A DNA stretch of 64,000 bases from Calditrichia bacterium (lineage in GTDB: Bacteria > Calditrichota > Calditrichia > RBG-13-44-9 > J075), in NCBI GenBank assembly GCA_028284905.1, contig JANQQU010000026.1, forward strand, positions 57,252 through 121,251. Reading direction: 5' to 3'. The position numbers and the translations under genes were made by a program. How positions within the stretch are numbered: position 1 is the stretch's first letter; every line of letters begins with the position of its first letter. Below are positions 1 through 8,766 of this stretch, piece after piece. The notes beneath the pieces are model-generated. The model saw only the letters and a program-made list of their open reading frames with translations, searched no databases and was not told where the DNA came from.

Positions 1-5
1 TTTCT

Positions 6-1094
6 GTGAAAGGGGACTTTGAATACATCCCCAATAGTAAGCATTCGCTTAAAGCCGGTTTTTGGGTCGGCAATCTTGAATTGATTCTGGAAAATTATTT
101 TGATAATCAACAAACCCTCGACGAGCGGGTGGAAACCCAGTACGGCTCGGTTTATCTGCAGGAAGCATTTCGCCCGATCCCACAGCTCATTCTAAAAGGG
201 GGATTGCGTGGCAATTTTATCGGAGAAGGGGACTATACCCGGCTCGAGCCACGTTTCTCCATGGAGTATATCTATAGCCAGGACCTGCTTTACCAGTTTG
301 CCTACGGACGTTACTACCAATTTTTGACACTGATTACCAACGAAGCCTTCAGCGGGTTTGACACCTGGCTTACCACCGGAGATGGGGTGGCGCCGGCCTG
401 GGGAGATCAATTTGTATTCGGTGTGAAATCCCGCCCCTGGGAAGGCTACAGTCTTGATGTAGAATTGTATTATCGCTCTATGCGGGAATTGTTCGAATTG
501 AATCCCCGGGTGTTCGATCCTGCCGGTTTGGATTATGCAGATCTCTTTCGTTTCGGTGAAGGATATTCTTACGGCGCAGAATTTTTCCTGGAAAAGAAGC
601 GTGGTAAAGTAACCGGCTTTCTCGGGTATACGCTCGGCACCAGCCGCCGTCAGTTTCCCAATTTCAACAACAACGATGCTTACCCGCCGAAATACGATCG
701 TATTCATGATGTTAACCTGGTTGCGAATTATAATCTTGGTCGTAACTGGCGGTTTACCGGAGTGTTTAACTATGCTACCGGTCAGGCAGTAACCGAAGTT
801 TTAGGCCGGTATTCTGTGCAATTGCCGACAGCTTCGGAAGAACGGGATCCATTTATTGTTGGTACACTCAACGCCAGCCGTTTGCCGGCTTATCATCGTA
901 TGGATTTTGGCTTCACTAAGAACGGGCGATTCTTTGGATTCTCGGACTATGAGTTGCAGTTACAGTTAATCAACGTTTATTCCCGTCGTAATATCTGGTT
1001 CTATTCTTACGATTTTGACACGAACCCAATTGAGCGGGAAGACGTACGAATGCTCCCGATTATTCCGAATGTATCCTTAACGTTGGATTTCTAG
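6..1094 (+). CDS. outer-membrane beta-barrel protein, C-terminal fragment (TonB-dependent-receptor-like); its 5' end lies upstream of the window
   Basis: Open frame runs off the left edge. Alternating beta-strand pattern rich in Y/G/N and a C-terminal aromatic (…LTLDF) typical of OM barrels. Followed by a lipoprotein gene, as is common for TonB-receptor loci. Confidence 0.45.
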   Translation: MKGDFEYIPNSKHSLKAGFWVGNLELILENYFDNQQTLDERVETQYGSVYLQEAFRPIPQLILKGGLRGNFIGEGDYTRLEPRFSMEYIYSQDLLYQFAYGRYYQFLTLITNEAFSGFDTWLTTGDGVAPAWGDQFVFGVKSRPWEGYSLDVELYYRSMRELFELNPRVFDPAGLDYADLFRFGEGYSYGAEFFLEKKRGKVTGFLGYTLGTSRRQFPNFNNNDAYPPKYDRIHDVNLVANYNLGRNWRFTGVFNYATGQAVTEVLGRYSVQLPTASEERDPFIVGTLNASRLPAYHRMDFGFTKNGRFFGFSDYELQLQLINVYSRRNIWFYSYDFDTNPIEREDVRMLPIIPNVSLTLDF

Positions 1095-1156
1095 CGCTCG
1101 CAACAGTCTGGTAAATGTCGAATAAAAGTTTTGATCTCACAGGAGACTATAAAATC

Positions 1157-2056
1157 ATGCGTAATATTTTAAATACATTGATAATGTTTGTGCTGGCCTT
1201 CATGCTCTTTAGCAGTTGCGAAGTAACCAATAGTGAAGAATTTGTGCCGGAATATTTTGTTGAATCCTATCAGTTCGCAATGGAACCTTTACAGCCGGTA
1301 AGATTGTCCCGGACTGTTGCTTTCGATCAGGCCTATAACTTTGAGGCGCAGGCGGTGAGAAATGCCAGCGTTAAGATTTCGATGCTAGATAATAGTGGCA
1401 ATGTCGAGCAAGTGCTGGATTATGCCGAAACTTCGCCCGGCGTATATATGCCTGCCGATACGACCCATCGTGTGCAGCCGCGGGCAACCTATTTGCTGGA
1501 AGCGCTGGTTCCCGGAGACGAGAATGTGCTGGTGCGTTCCCAAACGACGATTCCCGATACTTTCCGGATTGTCGATACCAATGCCGACACCCTGATCTAT
1601 CAGGCCACTGACCAGCTGGAAATCGTTGTCACACAAAGTTTTGTGGAAGGGCGCCAGAATGTGTTTGTATTTTCCACGGAAGCATTCGATATCCGTTTTG
1701 ATAATCTGACCCCGCTCTTCTTCGAGTTTCTTGATGAAGGTGAAGATGACCTGGAAGATTTTCGGGTGAATGAGTCGCCACCGGTAAATGAAGGGAATTA
1801 TGACCTCAATCCGGATGGTACCCTGACAATAAAATTGCCCTGGCTGGCGGTGGTTTTTTATGGCCAGAACAAAATTACTGCGAATGCGATTGATGATAAT
1901 ATTTTTGACTTTGTTATCGGTAGTGAGCTGCAGGTGAATCCCTCAACATTATCACCGGGAGAGATTCCCAATATCGTCGATCACGTCGAGAACGGTACCG
2001 GCATCTTCGGCAGCTACGCGCGGATTACGGATTTTATTTATATTCAGCGCCAGTAA
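1157..2056 (+). CDS. lipoprotein of unknown function
   Basis: AGGAGA lies 10 nt upstream of ATG 1157. Signal peptide with lipobox (…LFSSC). Sits directly downstream of an OM barrel gene. Confidence 0.5.
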   Translation: MRNILNTLIMFVLAFMLFSSCEVTNSEEFVPEYFVESYQFAMEPLQPVRLSRTVAFDQAYNFEAQAVRNASVKISMLDNSGNVEQVLDYAETSPGVYMPADTTHRVQPRATYLLEALVPGDENVLVRSQTTIPDTFRIVDTNADTLIYQATDQLEIVVTQSFVEGRQNVFVFSTEAFDIRFDNLTPLFFEFLDEGEDDLEDFRVNESPPVNEGNYDLNPDGTLTIKLPWLAVVFYGQNKITANAIDDNIFDFVIGSELQVNPSTLSPGEIPNIVDHVENGTGIFGSYARITDFIYIQRQ

Positions 2057-2078
2057 ATCTGCTAGCAGATTTAACCCT

Positions 2079-2206
2079 CTCGTTCCCATCCCGGAGAGCC
2101 GGGATGGGAATGCGTTATACGGGAAACTCTGTTTCCCATTATATCTTCGCTCGCGAAACAGAGTTTCGCCAATAATTGCGTGCCCAAACGGGAGTTTGGG
2201 CACGAG
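2079..2206. repeat. 128 bp MITE-like element with three hairpins, copy 1
   Basis: Terminal inverted repeats ctcgttccca/tgggcacgag. Internal hairpins cccatcccgg-agag-ccgggatggg, gaaactctgtttc…gaaacagagtttc, and gcccaaac-ggga-gtttgggc. Located between convergent genes. Confidence 0.65.
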
Positions 2207-2244
2207 TAGCAATCTGTTTGGATTGCGTGCCACTGCCACTAATC

Positions 2245-3816
2245 TTATGGCCCACTACTTTCAACTTCATTATAAAGTTCTCTCAGCTGAAGTAACTCCT
2301 CCTTCAACTCCGCTGTAATCGCTTCATTTCCAGCCACGCCGTAAATATTGTTTAGCTCTGCGGGATCCTGTAGCAAATCAAACAATTCCCAGATATTATC
2401 ATTGTAGTAGTAAATCAGCTTATGTTGATAGGTGCGAACGCCATAATGCTGCTTGACGCTATGCCAGCCATGAGGATATTCGTAGTAGTGATAATACATC
2501 GACTTCCGCCAGCTATCAGGAGTTTGGTTATCAAAGAGTGGCCGGAGTGAATTTCCCTGCATTTCTTCCGGAATCTCGACGCCGGCAATATCCAGAAATG
2601 TCGGGGCAAAATCGAGATTGAGCACCATTGCATCGGAGACCTCTCCGGACTTAATCATGCCCGGCAGGCGCATCACCAGCGGCATTCCCAGGGATTCTTC
2701 ATACATGAAACGCTTATCGTACCAACCATGCTCACCGAGGTAAAAGCCCTGGTCGGAAGTGTAAATAACAAGCGTATTTTCCGCCAGCCCATTTTCATCA
2801 AGATAGGCGAGCACCCGGCCAATATTTTCATCAACGGCTGCCACGCTGCGTAGATAGTCCTTCATATAGCGTTGATATTTCCAAACAGCGAGGTCCTTGC
2901 CAGTAGGCTGCTTTTCCCGAAAATCTTTTCGGATTGGATCATAGTGGGCATCCCAGGCTGCTTTCTGTTCCGGGGTCAATCTATTATAAGTGGCTATCCA
3001 GGATTTTACTGCATCGAAAGTCCCATGCCCGCCGGTACCGGTTTCTTCTCCAAAATCCTCCGGCATTAATTTCATATCCATGGACATATACATATCCGCA
3101 ATGCGCATATCCTGATGTGCGGCTGCCTCGCGGCTTTCGTAGTTATCGAAAAAGGTTTCCGGTAATGGCAAGTCTTCATCTTTGTACATGGCAAAGTGGC
3201 GGGGGGCCGGCATCCAGTTGCGATGCGGTGCCTTGTGGTGATAAAGCATGCAGAATGGTTTATCCGGATCGCGATTCTTGAGCGCATCCAAGGTGATATC
3301 TGTGATCACATCCGTGGTATAACCTGTGTGACTGAGAGTGTCGCCATTAGCGATCATCGTCGGGTTATAATAAGGGCCCTGGCCAATCAGAACATTCCAG
3401 TAATCGAAACCGGTCGGTTGGGTTTTCAGATGCCATTTGCCGACCACTGCGGTAAAATATCCGGCCTTCTGCAGAAGCTTTGGAAAAGTCATTTGACTGC
3501 CGTCGAAACGATCACGATTGTCTCGCAGCCCATTGAGATGGCTATACTTACCAGTAAGCATTACCGCCCGGCTCGGCGCACAAATAGAATTCGTGACAAA
3601 GCTGTTAGTGAAGCGGATGCCCTCGTTGGCAATCCGGTCAATATTTGGGGTGTCAATCAGCTTACTGCCGTAGCTGCTGATTGCCTGCTCGGCATGATCA
3701 TCGGTCATAATGAAGAGAATGTTCAGCGGCTTTTTCGCTGGTGGCTTTTCAACTTTACGGGATACGCAGGATGGTAAGAGGAAAGCGAGAATCAACACAA
3801 GAAAGATGCGCTTCAT
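2245..3816 (-). CDS. sulfatase (formylglycine-dependent arylsulfatase family), lipoprotein
   Basis: N-terminal LPSC lipobox. CAPSR formylglycine motif and MTDDH metal-binding start typical of sulfatases. Confidence 0.85.
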   Translation of the reverse strand: MKRIFLVLILAFLLPSCVSRKVEKPPAKKPLNILFIMTDDHAEQAISSYGSKLIDTPNIDRIANEGIRFTNSFVTNSICAPSRAVMLTGKYSHLNGLRDNRDRFDGSQMTFPKLLQKAGYFTAVVGKWHLKTQPTGFDYWNVLIGQGPYYNPTMIANGDTLSHTGYTTDVITDITLDALKNRDPDKPFCMLYHHKAPHRNWMPAPRHFAMYKDEDLPLPETFFDNYESREAAAHQDMRIADMYMSMDMKLMPEDFGEETGTGGHGTFDAVKSWIATYNRLTPEQKAAWDAHYDPIRKDFREKQPTGKDLAVWKYQRYMKDYLRSVAAVDENIGRVLAYLDENGLAENTLVIYTSDQGFYLGEHGWYDKRFMYEESLGMPLVMRLPGMIKSGEVSDAMVLNLDFAPTFLDIAGVEIPEEMQGNSLRPLFDNQTPDSWRKSMYYHYYEYPHGWHSVKQHYGVRTYQHKLIYYYNDNIWELFDLLQDPAELNNIYGVAGNEAITAELKEELLQLRELYNEVESSGP

Positions 3817-3899
3817 AACGGCTCCTTATAGGCTGTTTGTCTGAAGCGCAATTTATCGAATTTGGGGGGGATAGACAAATTGAGAACGTTTAGACAGTC

Positions 3900-4988
3900 T
3901 TACATCTCCACAAAAGCCAAACAAACCGGATTGGGCATCGGCGTGGAAATGCCATTACTTTTCAGCAAGCCATTTGCCGGATTGATGCGGAATGTAGTAA
4001 TCGTATCGCTATCCTGGTTGCCGGCCAGCAGCCAGCGGCCGGATGGATCGAGATTGAGCTCTCGGGGAGTTTTGCCGCCCGTTGGTTCATGTCCAATCGC
4101 TTTCAATTTTCCGGAAGCAGCGTCGAAGGCAAAAATGGCAATACTGTCATGCCCGCGATTAGAGCCGTAAACATATTTGCCATTAGCGCTAACGCGAATG
4201 GCTGCGCAGGAATAGGGGGCATGTGGATCCGCATCAGGTAGTGTCGAAATCGTCTGCTGATGTTTCAGGCGGCCGTCCCGGTGAGAAAATACCGAAACGG
4301 TGCTATCCAGTTCATTGATAACAAAGGCATGACTGCCGCTGGGATGAAAAGCCAGATGACGTGGACCGGCACCGGGCTGCACAGCAGCAAAGGGTTGCTC
4401 ATGAGGATACAAACGTCCTTTTTCGCCATCATAGCGATAGATTATTACCTTGTCGATACCGAGGTCTGCTACGAAGAGGAATCTCCCGGACGGATCGAAG
4501 CGGGCGATGTGGGCATGGGGACTTTCCTGACGCTCCGGATTAGCTCCTTTCCCTTCATGATGAGCAATATCTGTTGCCGGCTCCAGTCTGCCATCCGGCA
4601 GGATCGGATGGACCGCAACACTGCCGGTAACATAGTGCGCGGAAATAACATGCTTCTCATTTTTATCCAAAGTAAGATGGCAGGGAGCACCGCCATGGGC
4701 CGGTTGATGATTGAGATATTGCAATGCGCCGCCGCGCGCGTCCATTCGGTATGCATAGACTGCCGGTGTTCTGCCACCAACCGTTTCCTGCACTGCATAG
4801 AGGCATCGCCTGCCGGGCGCAATCGTCAGGTACGAAGGATTGCTGATGTCATAAGCTGCCAGCTTAACATCGCTAATCTCACCGCTATCCTGATCAAAGA
4901 CAGCGGTGTAAATTCCTTTGCCGCTACCGGAGACAAATGAGAGCGGGACAGTATATGTACCTACGTATAATCTTATTTTTTTCGCCAT
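3900..4988 (-). CDS. 7-bladed beta-propeller lactonase (6-phosphogluconolactonase-like)
   Basis: N-terminal YVGTYT…GIY signature and repeated propeller blades of the lactonase/3-carboxymuconate cyclase family. Confidence 0.7.
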   Translation of the reverse strand: MAKKIRLYVGTYTVPLSFVSGSGKGIYTAVFDQDSGEISDVKLAAYDISNPSYLTIAPGRRCLYAVQETVGGRTPAVYAYRMDARGGALQYLNHQPAHGGAPCHLTLDKNEKHVISAHYVTGSVAVHPILPDGRLEPATDIAHHEGKGANPERQESPHAHIARFDPSGRFLFVADLGIDKVIIYRYDGEKGRLYPHEQPFAAVQPGAGPRHLAFHPSGSHAFVINELDSTVSVFSHRDGRLKHQQTISTLPDADPHAPYSCAAIRVSANGKYVYGSNRGHDSIAIFAFDAASGKLKAIGHEPTGGKTPRELNLDPSGRWLLAGNQDSDTITTFRINPANGLLKSNGISTPMPNPVCLAFVEM

Positions 4989-5026
4989 GACAATGTCTCC
5001 GGAGTTGCTCGCTATTGTTTCCCGAT

Positions 5027-6133
5027 TTACGCACTAACGCCACTTTCTGCGACTTGCTTTTTTTTCCCCAGGTCCTTTAAGAAACGCAGGTGGGCAACAA
5101 CGGCGGAAATAACCGAGGGATAGCTAACATACATTACCGAAAATTCTTCGCAGGTTTTCTGGACGATCTTACTGAGCGCGGGATAATGAATGTGGCAAAT
5201 TTTTGCGAAAAGATGGTGCTCGATCTGGAAATTCAATCCACCGAGATACCAGGTGGCCAGTTTGTTTTTCGGGGCAAAATTAGCGGTTGTTTCAACTTCG
5301 TGGATCGCCCACTCATTTTCAATGTTTCCGCTCTTCGGATCTGGCTCGGGGAATTCATTACCGTCGATGGTGTGCGCTAATTGGAAAACGACCGACAGCG
5401 TTAATCCAAGCACCAGATGAACACCAATCAAAGTAATCAGAACATAGTGTAAAGGATGGAAAAAGAGTGGCAATATGAACATGTATCCCACATAGAAAAT
5501 TTTGGTCAGGAAAAACAATGTCGCTTCGGAAACGGAAGGTTTGGCAAGTTTGTAATCGCCGATTTTCCCGGTGAAAAACTTCTTGAAATCGGCATAACCC
5601 ATCCAGGAAATCGTTAACAGGCTATATACCGGAAACGCATACCAATGCTGAAAACGGTGCCAGGGCCGCCATTCCTGATTAGGGCTCAGTCTTAATAAAC
5701 CGCCGGTGTAAAGATCGTCATCTAATTCATGAATGTTGGTGTAGGTATGGTGAAGTATATTGTGTTTTTGTTTCCAGAGCATACTGTTGCCGCCGATAAT
5801 ATCCATAGTAAAACCCATGATTTTATTGACGGTTTTGTTGCGGGAATAGCTGCCGTGGTTACCATCGTGCATGATGTTAAACCCAACAAGAACAAATCCT
5901 TGCGCCAGGGCGAATGCTGTAATGATAGCCATGATTAGTGAAGTGGAAAAGAAAACCAGCAGCAGATAGGAAGCAACCAGCCAGACTAATATAATAGCTG
6001 TTTTTAAATACATTCGCCAATTGGCATTCTTTGATAATTTCTTTTCGGAAAAATATTCATCCACTCTCTTTTTCAGCGTTTTTTTGAAATCGCCGCGTGC
6101 AGGAAAACTAATCTTCTTCATGGAAATTCTCAC
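5027..6133 (-). CDS. membrane fatty-acid desaturase
   Basis: Three histidine boxes (HDGNHG, HNILHH, EHHLF) and N-terminal TM helices. Confidence 0.8.
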   Translation of the reverse strand: MRISMKKISFPARGDFKKTLKKRVDEYFSEKKLSKNANWRMYLKTAIILVWLVASYLLLVFFSTSLIMAIITAFALAQGFVLVGFNIMHDGNHGSYSRNKTVNKIMGFTMDIIGGNSMLWKQKHNILHHTYTNIHELDDDLYTGGLLRLSPNQEWRPWHRFQHWYAFPVYSLLTISWMGYADFKKFFTGKIGDYKLAKPSVSEATLFFLTKIFYVGYMFILPLFFHPLHYVLITLIGVHLVLGLTLSVVFQLAHTIDGNEFPEPDPKSGNIENEWAIHEVETTANFAPKNKLATWYLGGLNFQIEHHLFAKICHIHYPALSKIVQKTCEEFSVMYVSYPSVISAVVAHLRFLKDLGKKKQVAESGVSA

Positions 6134-6559
6134 CCTCTAATAAAGTTCATACTTAACACATTTGAATAATTTATTACACACCAAAAATTTGTGAAATTAT
6201 CTGATAGCCTAATCAGATATAGCGGTGGGTAAATTTAGAATTCTGAATGATTGAAGCAATCGATTTAGAAAAGGAGAATGAGCCTTAATTTGCCTGGCGA
6301 CTATTCTTTCCTTTTCCAGGATTGTTGATCCAATTATAACCCGATTAAAGCACACTACTACTATCTATAGCAGAAGTTGCTGCAAATATACAATAAATCT
6401 TAAATATTACAAAAAGTTTACAAAGCTGTTGGTGTTCCCGGGAAAATTTTGTGTGATTAAACTGGCCGGGGAGAAACGCCTATCAGCCACTATAAATTTA
6501 TAGCGGCTGATAAAATTCGTCTGCCAGGCAGGAAAAAGGGTAGGTGAGAAAACCAGCGT

Positions 6560-8026
6560 TTATTCCGCCAACTTTTTTAACATTTCCCGGGCATTATTAT
6601 TTTCAGGATTTAACGCCAAAGATTTTTCATAATTCTTGATTGCCAATGCTTTATCCCCATTTAGCATATAAGCTTCGCCAAGGCTATCATAAGTATTAAA
6701 ACCGTTCGGATAAGCCTCCACATTTAACTTGAAAACTTCGATGGCATCGGGAAAATTCCCCTGGCGTATCAGCATGTAGCCGAAATTATTTAACACTCTT
6801 TCATGAAAATTATAGCGACCCGGGTAATCGGCTTTTAATTGCCGATATCTTTTAATCGCGCCGGCAGTGCCGCCATCTGCCTGTGCTTTCGCGAGTTCAT
6901 CGATCAGCGGGCGTTTGGGCAATTCATAAGGGAGATCGTAGAGGATGTTGATGATCGCATTGCTGATTTCCCCCAGAATTGTTCCACCGGTGTTATTCAG
7001 CAGAATGATCACATGCTTATCGTCAGTCAAGCGGTTTATCAGCGTATTAAAGCCATTAATGCCGCCGCCATGAGAAATTGTTTTAAGGCTATCTTTGCCC
7101 TCACCCAGGCCATGATGCCCAACGCTCCAGCCATAGGCATAATGGCCGCCACGTGCCGCAACCCGAGGTGTGAACATCGCTGTTAGCTGATTCTTGGGGA
7201 GTACTTTTTCGGTGTATAATGCCTGATCCCAGAGATAAAGGTCTTCTACTGTCGAATACAAAGAGCCGGCAGCGTAGGGGAGGCCCATATCTAAATAAGG
7301 AGCATTACGAAAGCCTGTCGGTGTTTTATCATAACCACTCGCGCGGTTCGGCAAAATAGTTGCGTGATGATCATAACCGCTGTTTTCCATGCCAAGCGGT
7401 GAGAAAATTCGCTCCTGCAGCGCAGCTTCATAAGATTGGCCAGTGACTTTCTCAATGATGGCGCCGAGCAGGAAATAACCGGAATTGTTGTAAGAAAACT
7501 GTTCACCGGGCTCGAATTGCAGATCCTCGCTGCAGAATTCCTTTACAAAATCGCTGACGCTGTAAGGATCGCGGCTGGCGTCCTGGAAAAAGCGCGGTAA
7601 TCCGGTATAACTGGGAATACCGGAAGTGTGAACGAGCAGATGTTCGACGGTGACTTTTTTGCCAATATCTTCGCGGTAATCCGGCAAGTAATCATTAATC
7701 GTTCCCGTTAGCTTAACTTTACCTTCATCGACCAGTTGCAAGATTACTGCCGCAGTAAATTGCTTAGTAATCGAACCAATCCGAAATTTTGTATCCGCGG
7801 AATTCGGTAACTGCCATTCCATGTTTGCCAGGCCGTATCCCTGTTTCAGAATAACTTCACCAGAGGCGGAAACCAGTGCACTGCCATTAAATTGTCGCTG
7901 TTCCTGCACTTTCTTAAGATATGCATTAATCTTTTCAGCTTTACTTTGTGAGAATCCGGCAATTGAAAGCAGCATTAACGCTGATAAAAGATGATAAAGA
8001 CCAAAATTGGGGAGGGGTTTCTTCAT
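6560..8026 (-). CDS. serine hydrolase of the beta-lactamase/PBP family with C-terminal TPR repeats
   Basis: Signal peptide, SITK (S-x-x-K) active-site motif, and a C-terminal TPR-like region. Confidence 0.75.
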   Translation of the reverse strand: MKKPLPNFGLYHLLSALMLLSIAGFSQSKAEKINAYLKKVQEQRQFNGSALVSASGEVILKQGYGLANMEWQLPNSADTKFRIGSITKQFTAAVILQLVDEGKVKLTGTINDYLPDYREDIGKKVTVEHLLVHTSGIPSYTGLPRFFQDASRDPYSVSDFVKEFCSEDLQFEPGEQFSYNNSGYFLLGAIIEKVTGQSYEAALQERIFSPLGMENSGYDHHATILPNRASGYDKTPTGFRNAPYLDMGLPYAAGSLYSTVEDLYLWDQALYTEKVLPKNQLTAMFTPRVAARGGHYAYGWSVGHHGLGEGKDSLKTISHGGGINGFNTLINRLTDDKHVIILLNNTGGTILGEISNAIINILYDLPYELPKRPLIDELAKAQADGGTAGAIKRYRQLKADYPGRYNFHERVLNNFGYMLIRQGNFPDAIEVFKLNVEAYPNGFNTYDSLGEAYMLNGDKALAIKNYEKSLALNPENNNAREMLKKLAE

Positions 8027-8273
8027 GTGTTCATATCTCCATGGGTAATATGTTTATGCCGCGCATTCTTAAAACAAAGTCAAGTTTTCTCAAATTCTAA
8101 TGTAGTATTTTATACTATCTTTCACAATCGCGGTACGTATTAAATTACAAGACTTTCCAATAGACATCCACATGATGAAAAAGTTGCTGAAGAAAAAGAA
8201 TTCCCCGGGCGAAAATTCCTGAATTTGAACTTTTCCCGGGAAGTTTTAACTTAAGGAAAATGGAGCAAAAGCT

Positions 8274-8591
8274 ATGATTAAAAATGTATTCGCGGAAATT
8301 CCCGAAAAGCTGCCGGAGGAATTTTTTGAAACCATTCTTTCTTCCCCAGGCATTCGTATCGAACGAATCCTTTCCCGGGGACATGCATCCCCGGAAGATT
8401 ATTGGTATGACCAGGACGAGAACGAGTGGGTGATGCTGATCAGTGGCAGCGCAAAGTTACGCTTCGCCGAAGGGGACATTGAGGTGACAATGAAAGCGGG
8501 GGATTACCTGAATATTCCTGCTGGCGTTAAGCACCGGGTAGAAGAAACAGATCCCGATAACACAAGCATTTGGCTCGCTGTTTTTTATTAG
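8274..8591 (+). CDS. cupin domain protein
   Basis: Small, about 105 aa, with a cupin-2 fold signature (…GDYLNIPAGVKHRVEE…). Confidence 0.65.
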   Translation: MIKNVFAEIPEKLPEEFFETILSSPGIRIERILSRGHASPEDYWYDQDENEWVMLISGSAKLRFAEGDIEVTMKAGDYLNIPAGVKHRVEETDPDNTSIWLAVFY

Positions 8592-8766
8592 GAGTAAAAG
8601 CACGTCGGGAATTTATAATTCGATATCAATCTTGTGACTTCCTTGGCAAAGCCTGAGATGATTTGATGCTATTCTAGAAAGTTCGGTTTTAGTTACCAGT
8701 ACCGGGCAAGAATGGATTAAAGTTATCGTCATGGAGAGACCATTTGAAAGATTGATAAAGGGTGTT

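Noticed and set aside
192-707. Antisense ORFs of 150-260 aa inside large well-supported genes, e.g. 192-707(-), 16702-17166(+), 19781-20554(-), 39317-39994(+), 23458-24033(+), 59821-60195(-)
   Set aside because: Each is embedded opposite a gene with clear family motifs. They have low-complexity or Arg/Pro-rich composition typical of antisense frames in GC-balanced DNA, and none has an RBS.
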